A DNA stretch of 64,000 bases from Candidatus Acidiferrales bacterium (GCA_963742905.1 CAVUNS010000007.1:27264-91263), one strand, 5' to 3'; numbered from the stretch's first letter, positions 23,475 through 34,580 are shown. Translations and numbers: made by a program. Notes: a model not told the origin generated them from the letters alone.

Positions 23475-25060
23475 ATGGCAAAACGACAGGAGCGCGTCGA
23501 ACTCAAGGGCAGCACTCGACCCGCGGTTCCCGGCGCCCAAGACACCGGACCAGCGAACCCCAATCAGGAAATCCGAGGTCAGCGTGATTTTGCGCCGCGG
23601 CTCAAAACCGGACAAATTTCCATCCACCATTCAGGCGAGCACCGGCCCTCTCGACAAGCGAAAATACCTCACCCGCGAACAGTTCGCCCGCCTGCATGGC
23701 ACATCAGCGGCGGACATCCGTAAAGTTCGCGCATTCGCCAAGCAATATGGTCTGCAAGTGGTCAGCGAGGATCGAGCCAGCAGAACCGTGAAGCTCCGTG
23801 GCACGGTGCAGGCGTTCAATGAGGCATTCGGCGCCGAACTGCGCCATTGCCAGCACGATTCTCGGTAACTTCCGCTACCGCGCCGGATCCCTCACCGTCC
23901 CGGCCAATCTCGAGCCCATTATAGAAGGCGTCTTCGGATTGGATGCTCGGCCGCAGGCGAAACCCCATTTTCGCGTGCTCAATAAAAGTATCTCCCCACA
24001 CGCTGCCACCGCTTCGTATTCCCCTCTGCAAGTCGCGCAAGCCTACAATTTCCCCACTAACGCGACTGCGGCGGATCAGTGCATTGCCATCATTGAATTG
24101 GGCGGCGGTTACAACTCCAGCGATATCGATGCATTCTTCCGCAATCTGGGATTGCCCGCTCCGCGGCTCACTTCGGTTTCTGTCGATGGCGTCTCCAATT
24201 CTCCTACGGGAAACGCCACTGGTCCGGATGGCGAAGTCGAACTGGACATCGAAGTAGCGGGATCGGTCGCACCGGGTGCGCAACTCGCGGTCTACTTCGC
24301 GCCCAACACCGATCAAGGATTCATCGACGCAATCAACGCGGCGGTTCATGACACCAACCTGAAGCCCTCCATTATCTCCATCAGTTGGGGTGGACCGGAA
24401 ACTTCGTGGACCGAGCAATCGCGCAACGCCCTCAACTCCGCCTGCCAGGACGCCGCAACCATGGGCGTTTCCGTTGTGGTCGCCTGCGGTGACGATGGCG
24501 CTACCGACGGCAGCGCCAATGGCGCGCTCACCGTCGATTTTCCAGCTTCCAGTCCCAACGTGCTGGCCTGCGGAGGAACCACCCTGTCGCTCTCCGGCGC
24601 CAGCATCAAAACCGAAACGGTCTGGAACGATTTGGCCCAGGGCGATGGCGGAACCGGCGGCGGCGTCAGCCAGGTTTTTCCGCTTCCCACTTTTCAGCAC
24701 AATGCCAACGTGCCCAAAGCCCCGAACGGCTCCGTTGGCCGGGGTGTCCCCGATGTGGCCGGCGATGCGGATCCCGCCACCGGTTACAAGATCATTGTCG
24801 ATGGCCAGCAATCCGTGATTGGCGGCACGAGCGCGGTCGCTCCCTTGTGGGCAGGATTACTCGCGCTCATCAATCAGTCTCTGGGCAAAAATGTGGGCTA
24901 CGCGAATCCACTGCTCTACGCGCCGAACGTGGAGTCAACCTTTCACGACATCACTTCCGGTAATAACGGCGATTATTCCGCCGGTCCCGGATGGGACCCC
25001 TGCACCGGACTGGGCACCCCAAATGGCACCGCGCTTTTGAACGCAATGCAAACCAAATAA
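23475..25060 (+). CDS. S53 serine-carboxyl peptidase (kumamolisin-like), frameshifted in the prodomain
   Basis: [41 protein letters not shown]; the prodomain is spread over three frames. Confidence 0.9.
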
Positions 25061-25098
25061 TCAAACCAACCGCACGCCGCGCGGCATTGTGCACTGAA

Positions 25099-27759
25099 CT
25101 AACGAGCCCTTGCGACCACCAGCGTCAAATCATCAAATTGTTCGCCAACGCTAAATCCTTGCACCGCGGTTTGGATCGCCTTAATTAACTCGGCCGGCGT
25201 TTTTCCAGTGTTGCGACGGACGGTCTCGATCAACCGCGCTTCGCCGAATTCATTTCCTTCCGCATCGTTTGCTTCCGTTACCCCATCGGTATAAATCACC
25301 AGAACATCCCCGGATTGCAGGGTGATGGTCTGCGTACAGCATTGCCATTCGCGAAACAATCCAATCACCGTCGCGGTGGCCCTGAGACGTTCCATATTGC
25401 CATCCGACCGCAACACCAACGGCGGATTCTGGCCACAATTCGCATACGTAAGCTGCCGGGTAGTCTCGTCATACACACCCAGGAAGAGCGTGGCATAGCG
25501 GTCGTCCGGCGTGTTCTCGTAAAACAACTTGTTCACCGATTTCAGCAGACGCGGAAGATCATCACGTGCCACTTCATAACGGCTGCGCAGATTAGCTTGC
25601 AGGTTCGCCATCAACAGCGCCCCAGCAATCCCCTTCCCGGAAATATCCGCGAGCACAAAGGCAACTCGCGATGAACCCACATCCACGAAATCGTAATAAT
25701 CGCCACCCACTTGGCGAGCTTGCAGGCATTCGCCTGCATACTCCAGAGTGGCCAGGCTGGGCATCGCTTGCGGCAAGAGCCGCGATTGCACATCGCGGGC
25801 AATCTGCATTTCGTGTTCGGAGCGCCGGTCGCGCTCCAACCGTTCCGCCATTTGTTCCGCCAGCGACATATTTTCCAGCGCAACCGCCGCTTGGCTGGCC
25901 ACCGATTCCAACAAGCCCTTGTCTTCCCCGGAGTACGGCTCTTCCGAAAGCCGCGGCCCCAAAACCAGCAGACCTAGCAGCCGGCTGTTGCGGCCCACGA
26001 TCGGCACCAGGCACTCTGGAATTTCGTTGGACTCGCCAGCGTCTTCAACGACCGGAAGCGGAACTTCCCAGGATTTACCCAGCCGCGCGAGTTCCGCCAG
26101 TAAAGGAACATCTGTGGGCAGGCTGCTCTCTTCTTTCAGCACAAAGCGAGCGCCGAAACGGGATGGAAATTTTGGCCGCGGCAGCGAAGGAAATTTCCCC
26201 GCGGTACCTTGCACGGCAGCGGGCTCAATCGTTAGCGTACCGTTCGAGGTTTCGAGATAGCACCCCAGCGACTTCGGATGCAAAGCCCCTTCAATCTGAA
26301 TTTCCAGCAGTTGTGCCAGCTCGTGACGGTCCGTTACCGTGCGTATCTTCTCCGCCAGATCCTGCAGAATCCTGCGCGCGTCGTAAGCGCTCCGGAAAAA
26401 CGCGCGGTCGATGCGATCCGTCCCTTTCTTGACCAGCGGCCCGGAAGCCCACACCATGGCCACGCCAAACGCCGCGCTCAGTCCCATTCCAAACTGCGAG
26501 TGTTCCGCAAACAAGCCGGAAAAAAATCGCGTAAAAAGAAAAATCGCCAGCAACGCCGCGAAGAACAGCAGCACAAAATACCCGCGCTGCACCAGAACAT
26601 AGCGGACGCTACGTTGCAGCAGCACTGGAATCTCCAGCACCCGATGTTTTACCACGGCATAGGCAAAGGAAAGCGGGTAGAGAACCACGGTAATGATGGC
26701 GAGGGTATTCACCCAGTACGAAGGCTCGTAAACGCGAAAGTCTCTTAAAGCGTTCAACGCCACGATCGGCAACACCCCGAAAACAGTTCCCCAAAAAATA
26801 ACCCGGGATTTGCGCCGTGCCTCCACAGGCGATTCAGACCCGAAAGCATTCAGTGCCAGCGAAATGATCCCTAGTCCCAACAGTGAAAGCTTAATCGCTC
26901 GCACGATTGCTTCTGAGTTGCGCATTCCCACTAGCGTTCCGACGAGACGAGGCAGCGCCGGATTTCCGGTTCCCAGTCCCCCAAATACCGTGATGGCGCA
27001 GACGATCAGGCCCACCCATTTCAGCCACGGTAATCGCCGGTCCAACGGCGAACGTCTCGGGAACACCGCGAAAAACAAATAAAACAATCCACTGAGCATG
27101 CCTTCCCAGACGGCGCGATAGGCCAGCGCCAGCCCTCGTGGCCAATCCGCGAGTAGCACCGTATTCGGGATACCTGGCGCGGCCGCAAAAGCGGTGAACA
27201 TCACCGCCAGCAACCATGCACCGGGATCTTCGAGCCGCAGAAACAGCACCGCAAATCCCACCAGCAGAAAAAGAACCGGGAACGAATTGACGATTTGCTG
27301 CGCCGACGATTTGGCTAACCCTTCAGCCGCCACGGTGGACGGGCGAGGTCGAAATATCCCGTGTAACTCCAGCGGCTTCGGTTCGCCTGGGCGCGCCACG
27401 GTCATCTCGACCGGATCCCCTGGCCGGTCCTTTGCATAAGCCTCATCGTACGGCGCCGATGTGGTAAGCGGGGTTCCGTTCACAGCAATGATGCGGTCGC
27501 CCGCTCGCAGCCCCATTTGTTCGGCGGGGCTTCCCGGCACCACGTCGGCTACGAAAATCGAATGTGTCTGCCGGTCATATCTCTCATCGACCGTGTGATT
27601 GAAACCCAATTCCACCAGACTGGCGGATCGCACATTGGTCATCCACCAGATCGCGTACAGCGTGGCGACCGCGCAAAGCAGTACCGCCACGGCTAACAGA
27701 ACAGGCCGCGGCAACGACAGCCACGAGCGCAGCAAAGATTTAGGCTTGGAGTCGGACAT
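25099..27759 (-). CDS. Membrane PP2C/SpoIIE (RsbU-like) phosphatase: PDZ, multi-TM, GAF-like and PP2C domains
   Basis: PDZ motif SPAEQMGLRAGDRI; about 9-10 TM helices; VGGDYYD, ADISGKG, YTDG, DDLT. Confidence 0.88.
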   Translation of the reverse strand: MSDSKPKSLLRSWLSLPRPVLLAVAVLLCAVATLYAIWWMTNVRSASLVELGFNHTVDERYDRQTHSIFVADVVPGSPAEQMGLRAGDRIIAVNGTPLTTSAPYDEAYAKDRPGDPVEMTVARPGEPKPLELHGIFRPRPSTVAAEGLAKSSAQQIVNSFPVLFLLVGFAVLFLRLEDPGAWLLAVMFTAFAAAPGIPNTVLLADWPRGLALAYRAVWEGMLSGLFYLFFAVFPRRSPLDRRLPWLKWVGLIVCAITVFGGLGTGNPALPRLVGTLVGMRNSEAIVRAIKLSLLGLGIISLALNAFGSESPVEARRKSRVIFWGTVFGVLPIVALNALRDFRVYEPSYWVNTLAIITVVLYPLSFAYAVVKHRVLEIPVLLQRSVRYVLVQRGYFVLLFFAALLAIFLFTRFFSGLFAEHSQFGMGLSAAFGVAMVWASGPLVKKGTDRIDRAFFRSAYDARRILQDLAEKIRTVTDRHELAQLLEIQIEGALHPKSLGCYLETSNGTLTIEPAAVQGTAGKFPSLPRPKFPSRFGARFVLKEESSLPTDVPLLAELARLGKSWEVPLPVVEDAGESNEIPECLVPIVGRNSRLLGLLVLGPRLSEEPYSGEDKGLLESVASQAAVALENMSLAEQMAERLERDRRSEHEMQIARDVQSRLLPQAMPSLATLEYAGECLQARQVGGDYYDFVDVGSSRVAFVLADISGKGIAGALLMANLQANLRSRYEVARDDLPRLLKSVNKLFYENTPDDRYATLFLGVYDETTRQLTYANCGQNPPLVLRSDGNMERLRATATVIGLFREWQCCTQTITLQSGDVLVIYTDGVTEANDAEGNEFGEARLIETVRRNTGKTPAELIKAIQTAVQGFSVGEQFDDLTLVVARAR

Positions 27760-28061
27760 CGCGATTACAGAGTATGATTCGCCCTCACTCGGGTCAATGA
27801 CTGGCCGCACGACCGAGCGAATTGCGGGACCCGCACCGCTGTTTCAACACGCCGCCGTCCGGTCCGCGGAGGAAGCAAACCAAGCTCCCGTGGGCGTTGG
27901 AATTTCCAAGGGGATTTTCCCGCCTCATTTGTGAGAGAATTCGCGCAGAAGCCGAGTGCTTGGCGCATTTCCCGGCTTCCTCCGCTCCGTATTCGTATCT
28001 GTTTTTGTTTCCGCCTCACTGAATGAACGTGGCAGACTTTTTGAGGCTCACACACGTTTCC

Positions 28062-28883
28062 ATGAAACTCCGTCTTACTTCGCTGGCGTGCTGCGTCGCT
28101 TGGCTCCTCCTCGCGGCAGTCCTGGTCAGCCGCGCTGACGATTTCAAGAATTTTAAACCCACGGGTTACGTCACAGACCGTGCCGGCATTATCAAGCCGC
28201 AGACGAAAACTCAACTGGAAGCGCTGTGCACCGAGCTGCAACAAAAAACCGGCGCGCAAATGGCCATTGTCACCGTCAAGTCTCTGGACGGCCAGGATAT
28301 CGATTCGTACGCTCCCGATCTGTACAAACAGCTTGGCGTCGGCCCCAAAAAGGACGATCGCGGCGTGCTGCTGCTGGTTGCGCCCAATGAACGCCGGTAC
28401 CGCGTGGAAGTAGGCTACGGTCTGGAGCCGGTCATCAACGATGCCCGCGCTGGCGATGCCGGGCGGCTGATGGCTCCGTTCTTCCGGCAGGGTGACTACA
28501 GCAGCGGCATTGCCGCCGCGGCCTGGCAATTGGCGAAATATATCGCCGACGATAAGGGCGTCACGCTGACCGGCGCGCCACAATTGCCTCCCGCGCAACG
28601 ACATGAGGACTCCGGCAATATTGGCATTTGGATTTTTCTCGGAATCATTCTACTGATATTTCTCCTCTCTCGTTCCGGCGGCTCTGGAAGTAATATCAAC
28701 CGTCGTGGTGGTGGCATGGGCAGTGGCTGGTGGATTGGCCCGATGATCGGCGGTGGATGGGGCGGAAGCCGTGGCGGTTGGAGTGGTGGAGGTGGCGGCG
28801 GAGGCTGGGGCGGCGGAGGCGGTGGGTTCGGCGGATTTGGCGGCGGCATGAGCGGCGGCGGAGGAGCAAGCGGCGGTTGGTAA
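28062..28883 (+). CDS. TPM domain protein (YgcG-like) with Gly-rich tail
   Basis: GYVTD.AGII, GVLLLVA, RVEVGYGLE, a TM helix, C-terminal GGGGASGGW. Confidence 0.9.
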   Translation: MKLRLTSLACCVAWLLLAAVLVSRADDFKNFKPTGYVTDRAGIIKPQTKTQLEALCTELQQKTGAQMAIVTVKSLDGQDIDSYAPDLYKQLGVGPKKDDRGVLLLVAPNERRYRVEVGYGLEPVINDARAGDAGRLMAPFFRQGDYSSGIAAAAWQLAKYIADDKGVTLTGAPQLPPAQRHEDSGNIGIWIFLGIILLIFLLSRSGGSGSNINRRGGGMGSGWWIGPMIGGGWGGSRGGWSGGGGGGGWGGGGGGFGGFGGGMSGGGGASGGW

Positions 28884-28908
28884 ACATTCCTTTGCAAATA
28901 GGTGCCAC

Positions 28909-29643
28909 ATGGAAACGAAGCTGGAAGAACTGGTAAGCCGTTTGAAAGAAGCTGCGGGGAAAAATCTGGAATCCGTGGTGCTTTACGGGTCTGCCGCGAG
29001 CGGCACGTTCCGGCCGGGTGCATCGGACTTGAACGTGTTGTGCACACTGGTCGCCATTGACGTCACCGAACTGCAATTGCTTGCCCCGGTCGTGCTCTGG
29101 TGGACCCACGAGCAGAAAGAGCCGCCGCCGCTATTTTTCCTCAGCGAGGAATTGCAGCAGTCCACCGATGTTTTTCCCATCGAGAGCATCGACATCAAGC
29201 AGGCGCATCGCGTGCTCTACGGCAAAGATCCCATCGTGAATCTGGAAATACCCATGAACCTGCATCGCGTCCAGGTGGAACGCGAACTGCGCCTGCTGCT
29301 TCTGCGTTTGCGCCAGCACGTGCTGCATGCCGGTAAGAACGAAATCGAGTACACCACCATTTTGAAGAAGACCGCTTCGAGCACCCTTACCCTGCTTCGC
29401 CACACTTTGCTCGCCTTTGGCGAAGAGCCGCCGGCTGAACCTTCTGCCCTCTTCGAACGCATCGCGGCGGTTACGGGCGCGGATCCTGCGGCATTTCAGG
29501 CGGGCTACGATTTTCACGAAGGGCAGGCGCTGTCCAACGATTCCTTCGTGGTCTACGACCATTACATTCACGCGCTCGAAAAAGTGGTGAACGCGCTGGA
29601 CCGTCTGGTGCCCAAAAAAGAGTGGAAACGGGTTGCGCAGTAA
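28909..29643 (+). CDS. Nucleotidyltransferase-fold protein
   Basis: VLYGSAA...SDLNVL Pol-beta-like motif, DVFPIE, helical C-terminal half. Confidence 0.75.
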   Translation: METKLEELVSRLKEAAGKNLESVVLYGSAASGTFRPGASDLNVLCTLVAIDVTELQLLAPVVLWWTHEQKEPPPLFFLSEELQQSTDVFPIESIDIKQAHRVLYGKDPIVNLEIPMNLHRVQVERELRLLLLRLRQHVLHAGKNEIEYTTILKKTASSTLTLLRHTLLAFGEEPPAEPSALFERIAAVTGADPAAFQAGYDFHEGQALSNDSFVVYDHYIHALEKVVNALDRLVPKKEWKRVAQ

Positions 29644-29667
29644 GTTCTCGAAACTCAATCGATCGAG

Positions 29668-30294
29668 GTGGCTATGAAAGCGGCAATCGTAATCGTGGTG
29701 GTGCTCTTGATCTTGGCGTTTTTGCTCGGCTCCGCCTATGTCAGCCGGCGAAATCAAATGGCGATTAAGCGCGAGGCTGTCAATGCGGCCTGGGCGCAAG
29801 TGGATGTGGTCTTGCAGCGGCGCGCGGACCTCATTCCCAACCTGGTGCAAACCGTGAAAGGCTACGCGGTGCAGGAGCAAACCGTGTTTGGCGATATCGC
29901 CGCGGCGCGTTCCGCTTTGATTGGCGCAAAAACCCCCGCGGATAAGATCGCCGCAAACGGTCAGTTGGACAATGCTCTCAGCCGCTTGTTGGTGATCGTC
30001 GAGAATTATCCGCAACTCAAGTCCAACGAAAATTTCATGCGCCTGCAGGACGAATTAGCGGGCACCGAGAATCGTATCGCCGTCGAACGCAGGCGTTACA
30101 ACCAAGCCGTCCAGGATTACAACACGTACATTTCGTTGTTCCCGAACAGCCTCGTCGCCAGCTTTGCCGGGTTCACACGCAACGATGCCTACTTCAAGAC
30201 CGAAGAAGGTGCGCGCCAGGCGCCCAAAGTGAATTTCGACTACAGCAAGCCCGCGCCCTCCACCGCTCCAACACCAGCGCCCGCGCATCCTTAA
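29668..30294 (+). CDS. lemA: LemA family protein
   Basis: N-terminal TM; LQRRADLIPNLV, ENYPQLK, GTENRIAVERRRYN. Confidence 0.93.
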   Translation: MAMKAAIVIVVVLLILAFLLGSAYVSRRNQMAIKREAVNAAWAQVDVVLQRRADLIPNLVQTVKGYAVQEQTVFGDIAAARSALIGAKTPADKIAANGQLDNALSRLLVIVENYPQLKSNENFMRLQDELAGTENRIAVERRRYNQAVQDYNTYISLFPNSLVASFAGFTRNDAYFKTEEGARQAPKVNFDYSKPAPSTAPTPAPAHP

Positions 30295-30367
30295 TCCTGT
30301 ATAAGCGCTGGCATAAGCAACACATAGCCGGTCACCAGTTGTCCTGGCTAAACGTGTCTTTTCGCAT

Positions 30368-30400
30368 TTGTGAATGTATTGTAACCATTCTGTACTTATA
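30368..30400 (+). promoter_or_regulatory. Pho-box-like site (three 11-bp direct repeats)
   Basis: TTGTGAATGTA-TTGTAACCATT-CTGTACTTATA upstream of pstS, resembling the PhoB CTGTCAT-A/T-rich 11-bp unit. Confidence 0.6.
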
Positions 30401-30553
30401 TATCGTATGACGATATACTTTTGACTCCAAGATGTTTCTGGCTCGAGTTCTACTCCTGCCGGATTTAACGTCTGTTTCAGCCCGCAGTTCCCGCCCTATT
30501 TCGTTGGTTGGTCTGTATTGCTAACGACGCACACATAATCAAGGAGGTCTGTC

Positions 30554-31657
30554 GTGTCTCGAATCTTATCTCGCCATCTCGGCGCTCTCGTTGCCATTCC
30601 CTGTTCCGCCGTCCTATTGATGGCCGCCTGCGGTTCGGGCTCAAAATCCAACGGGGCAGCCGATCAAAATTCATCCCAGGTCATTGGGGCGGGAAGTTCC
30701 TTTATCTATCCAGCCATGACCCGCTGGATCAGCGCTTTCCAGAGTAGCCATCCCGGCGTAAACATCAATTATCAGTCCATCGGCAGCGGTGGCGGCATTC
30801 AACAGCTCAAGAGCGGGGTGCTGGACTTCGCTGCGTCCGATGCGGCGTTGGACGACACACAACTCAAGGAGATGCCCGCCGTCGTACAAATTCCAGAGAG
30901 CGCCGGGCCGGTGTGCATCACCTATAATCTGCCCGAACTCAAGGAGCCCTTGAGGCTCAGTCCTGACACCCTCGCGGGTATTTATTTGGGCGAGATCAAG
31001 AACTGGCAAGATCCACGCCTCAAGAAAGACAATCCCGGCGTGAAATTCCCGAAGCAAAATATTGTCACCGCTCACCGTTCCGACGGTAGCGGCACCACCA
31101 ACATCTTCACAACCTATCTGGCGAAAATCAGTCCAGCCTGGGACAAAAAAGTGGGACACGGTATTTCACTGAGTTGGCCAGCGGGCTTGGGCGGAAAAGG
31201 CAATGAAGGTGTTACCGGTGTTGTGAAGCAGACGCCCGGCGGCATTGGTTACGTTGAATTGATTTATGCCACCGAAAATAATTTGCCCGTCGCCCTGGTC
31301 CGCAACAGCGCGGGTCAGTACATCAAGCCAAGCGTGGCCAGTACAACTGCGGCAATCGACGCATTCAGCCAGGAATTGGCCAACGACGTACGTCATCCCA
31401 TTGTCGACCCAGCCGCCTCAGCCAAAGACGCGTACCCCATCGCCGGGCTGACATTTCTAATTGTTCCGATACACCCAAAGACACCCGCCAAGGGTCAAGT
31501 CGTCGAACAGTTCGTCAAATACATTATTACCGACGGCCAAGACGTGGCTGAGAAACTGCTCTATGCCAAACTGCCTTCTGCTGTCCAGCAGCAAGATCAG
31601 CAGTTGCTTGCCAAATTGAATGGACCAAACAATCAGTCCGCTTCGACATCGCATTGA
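30554..31657 (+). CDS. pstS: Phosphate ABC transporter substrate-binding lipoprotein
   Basis: Lipobox AAC; GAGSSF, YQSIGSGGG, DFAASD, RSDGSGTT, GKGNEGV. Confidence 0.95.
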   Translation: MSRILSRHLGALVAIPCSAVLLMAACGSGSKSNGAADQNSSQVIGAGSSFIYPAMTRWISAFQSSHPGVNINYQSIGSGGGIQQLKSGVLDFAASDAALDDTQLKEMPAVVQIPESAGPVCITYNLPELKEPLRLSPDTLAGIYLGEIKNWQDPRLKKDNPGVKFPKQNIVTAHRSDGSGTTNIFTTYLAKISPAWDKKVGHGISLSWPAGLGGKGNEGVTGVVKQTPGGIGYVELIYATENNLPVALVRNSAGQYIKPSVASTTAAIDAFSQELANDVRHPIVDPAASAKDAYPIAGLTFLIVPIHPKTPAKGQVVEQFVKYIITDGQDVAEKLLYAKLPSAVQQQDQQLLAKLNGPNNQSASTSH

Positions 31658-32802
31658 TGCGATGAACGGGCTGAACTCAGGAATTCACTGAACAACATGT
31701 GGAAATGGTGGACACCATTTTCGCGCTTCACGGAATAGCGGCCCCGTTCGTACGTTGCGGATTGTAGACCGCGCTGTACCGCTTCGCAGATTTGCACGTC
31801 TTCTTGCTGCACAACATCGCTGAAGGCGATGGCCTTCTGTGCGCGTTCCAGCGTCTGTGGCGAATCCGCATCGTGAAAGTACCATTCGAAGATCGTCAGC
31901 GTTTTGTCGTGCGCAAGCGGCAGAATTAAATTCGTTTGCAGGTTGTCTGGATAAAAATTCAGCATCATGTTGGGAAAAACCCAGAAGTACAGCGCTTCTT
32001 TCAACGCGCCATTGCCCGGCTCATAGATTCGTTCCTGCGCTTCCCCGGGTTTTACATCCCGGACCGGACCAAGCTGCTGCGAGTGGTAGCGAAACGTTTC
32101 GCAACCGTAGCGCGGGTAATCGATTTCCTTCATCAACCCCGGATGCACAATCGGGATGTGGTAGCCCTCCAGAAAATTGTCGATGTACACCTTCCAGTTG
32201 CAATTCACCACGTAATCCCGGCGCTCCACGAATCCCAATCCTTCGAACGAAAAATCGCGTGCTAATTCCGGAATGTTGCCGAGATATTCGGCGAGCGACG
32301 GGCCATCGTTCGCGAAATTCACGAAGATCAAATTCTTCCAGGTTTCACAGCGCAGCGGCGCCATGCCCATCTTCGAACGGTCGAAAAATTCCATCCCGTC
32401 CACCTCTGGCGTGCCAATCAGCCGTCCATCCAGCGTGTATGTCCAGCCGTGGTATGCGCAGTTGAATACTTTGCGGCAGCCTGCTCCTTGTGCGATCGGC
32501 CCCGCTCGATGGCGGCACACATTGCTGAACGCACGCAGCGTTCCAGACGCGTCCCGCGCCACCACGATCGGCTCGCCCGCCAGATCGAACGTGAAATACG
32601 ACTCAGCGTCGGCAATCGTTCGCTTCGCGCCGTTCACTTCCCCACAACGCTGGTTCAGCGTGCCAACCAATTGCCACGTGCGCCGGAAAATCCGCTCCTT
32701 CTCCAGTTCCAGCACCGCGGCATCCGTATAGAACCGCGAAGCCAGCGTTTCCGCGCATTCCAACTCGGGATTGACGATAGGACTGAAAGATTGGCGTTTC
32801 AT
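31633..32802 (-). CDS. Rieske non-heme iron oxygenase alpha subunit (choline monooxygenase/CntA-like)
   Basis: Rieske motifs NVCRH and CAYHGW; mononuclear site EGYHIPIVH...QED. Confidence 0.88.
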   Translation of the reverse strand: MKRQSFSPIVNPELECAETLASRFYTDAAVLELEKERIFRRTWQLVGTLNQRCGEVNGAKRTIADAESYFTFDLAGEPIVVARDASGTLRAFSNVCRHRAGPIAQGAGCRKVFNCAYHGWTYTLDGRLIGTPEVDGMEFFDRSKMGMAPLRCETWKNLIFVNFANDGPSLAEYLGNIPELARDFSFEGLGFVERRDYVVNCNWKVYIDNFLEGYHIPIVHPGLMKEIDYPRYGCETFRYHSQQLGPVRDVKPGEAQERIYEPGNGALKEALYFWVFPNMMLNFYPDNLQTNLILPLAHDKTLTIFEWYFHDADSPQTLERAQKAIAFSDVVQQEDVQICEAVQRGLQSATYERGRYSVKRENGVHHFHMLFSEFLSSARSSHQCDVEAD

Positions 32803-32905
32803 CTGACGATTGAGTGAGTAGGTGGCAGTCGTAGCTTACAGCAATACGCGATGCTCACCGCATGCAACAACTACCGATTACGAACTACGGAGTACCAACG
32901 CACGC

Positions 32906-34399
32906 TTAGAATTTCCGGGTTTCCTGCCGCGACCAGCGTTCTACCACGATCTTAGATTCCGTGTAGAACTCCACCGCATCTTTCCCTTGCGCGTGCAGTA
33001 TCCCGAAGAAGCTGTCCTTCCAGCCACTGAACGGGAAATACGCCATGGGAGCGGCAACGCCAATATTGATCCCGATGTTTCCGGCGGGCGCTTCGTAGCG
33101 GAATTTTCGAGCCGCCGCCCCACTCGTGGTGAATAACGAAGCTTGATTGCCATACGGGCTCTTGCGTATAAACTCAATCGCCTCGTCTATGGTCTGTGCG
33201 TGAATCAGGCTAAGCACCGGCCCAAAAATTTCCGTATTCGCCAAAGAACTGGACGCCGGCACCCCATCCAGAATCGTCGGCTTCACGAAATTACCATTTT
33301 CGTGCCCCGCAACATTGGTGTTACGGCCATCGACCACCGCTTTCGCGCCATCACCCACGCCGGTAGCAATCAAAGATTCGACCCGCGATTTACTTTCCTT
33401 GGAGATGACCGGCCCCATCTGCACGCCCGTATCCAGCCCGAATCCAACCTTAATCGACGAGGCCGCCTCGGCAATCGCGTCGCGAAACGTCTTCTGCGCT
33501 TCGCCGATGGTGACCGCTACGGACACCGCCAGGCAGCGCTGCCCCGCGCAACCGAACGCGGAATCACTGATAATCTGTTTCGCCAAATCCATGTCCGCAT
33601 CCGGCAACACAATCACGTGATTCTTGGCGCCACCCTGGCACTGCATGCGCTTTCCGGCGGCAGCCGATCTTGTGTAGACGTGCTTGGCCACCGGCGTGGA
33701 CCCTACAAAACTGATCGCGCGAATCGCGGGATGATCGCACAACGCGTCCACCACTTCTTTGCCGCCATTCACCACATTCACTACGCCCTTTGGGATTCCC
33801 GTCTGCTCCACCAATTCCACAATGCGTCGCACCGTGACGGGCACTCGCTCGCTCGGCTTGAGCACAAACGTGTTGCCGCATGCGATGGCATACGGCAAAA
33901 ACCAGAACGGAATCATCGCCGGAAAATTGAACGGCACAATTGCCGCCACGACCCCCAGCGGCTGCCGGATCAGTGTTTCGTCCACACCCGGAGTGATGTC
34001 CTCCAGGTTGTAGCCCTGCATCATCATCGGAATTCCGCAGGCTACTTCCACGTTCTCGATCCCCCGGCGCATTTCGGCTTTTGCTTCGCCGAACGTTTTT
34101 CCGTTTTCCAGCGTGATCAGCCGCGCAAGTTCGTCGATGTGCTCCTCAAGCAGGAACTTCAGCTTGAACAGATACTGGATGCGTTCACCCGCCGGGGTAC
34201 GCCGCCATGCCGGAAACGCCTGAGCCGCAGCCTGCACCACAGCGTCCACTTCCGCCTTCGAAGACAGCGGGGTACGGGCTATCAGCTCGCCGCTCGCGGG
34301 ATTGGTCACATTCACAAATTCAGTGGCTGAAGATTTTTGCCAGCTCCCGCCAAAATAATTCAGGATTTCCGTAACCGGGGTGGTTGCTGTACTGCTCAT
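32906..34399 (-). CDS. mmsA: CoA-acylating methylmalonate-semialdehyde dehydrogenase
   Basis: [47 protein letters not shown]. Confidence 0.9.
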   Translation of the reverse strand: MSSTATTPVTEILNYFGGSWQKSSATEFVNVTNPASGELIARTPLSSKAEVDAVVQAAAQAFPAWRRTPAGERIQYLFKLKFLLEEHIDELARLITLENGKTFGEAKAEMRRGIENVEVACGIPMMMQGYNLEDITPGVDETLIRQPLGVVAAIVPFNFPAMIPFWFLPYAIACGNTFVLKPSERVPVTVRRIVELVEQTGIPKGVVNVVNGGKEVVDALCDHPAIRAISFVGSTPVAKHVYTRSAAAGKRMQCQGGAKNHVIVLPDADMDLAKQIISDSAFGCAGQRCLAVSVAVTIGEAQKTFRDAIAEAASSIKVGFGLDTGVQMGPVISKESKSRVESLIATGVGDGAKAVVDGRNTNVAGHENGNFVKPTILDGVPASSSLANTEIFGPVLSLIHAQTIDEAIEFIRKSPYGNQASLFTTSGAAARKFRYEAPAGNIGINIGVAAPMAYFPFSGWKDSFFGILHAQGKDAVEFYTESKIVVERWSRQETRKF

Positions 34400-34580
34400 G
34401 AAGGGGCTCCGTGCCTCCATCCGCCCCGCGGCGAACGGCAGGTCTTGCCATATAAAGGATAGCGATCGCAAAGACCGCACTCAGCCGTAGCAGTTTACCA
34501 AAATGTGCGCATTTAGGGTTGCCATGAGGGAGTCCCCTCAGTGTCTCTGAATCAGCTTCCGCCGAACACTAGCTAGTCAC

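Noticed and set aside
4005-24000. Programmed frameshifting or true pseudogenes
   Set aside because: Indels are numerous, hit unrelated and normally important genes, and cluster by region; sequencing error is more parsimonious
28700-28883. GGC-rich tandem repeat
   Set aside because: It encodes the normal Gly-rich tail of TPM proteins
33143-34330. Long antisense ORFs (this one, also 56658-57728, 58400-59587, 62639-63694 and others)
   Set aside because: Shadow ORFs opposite well-supported genes, as expected from high-GC codon bias
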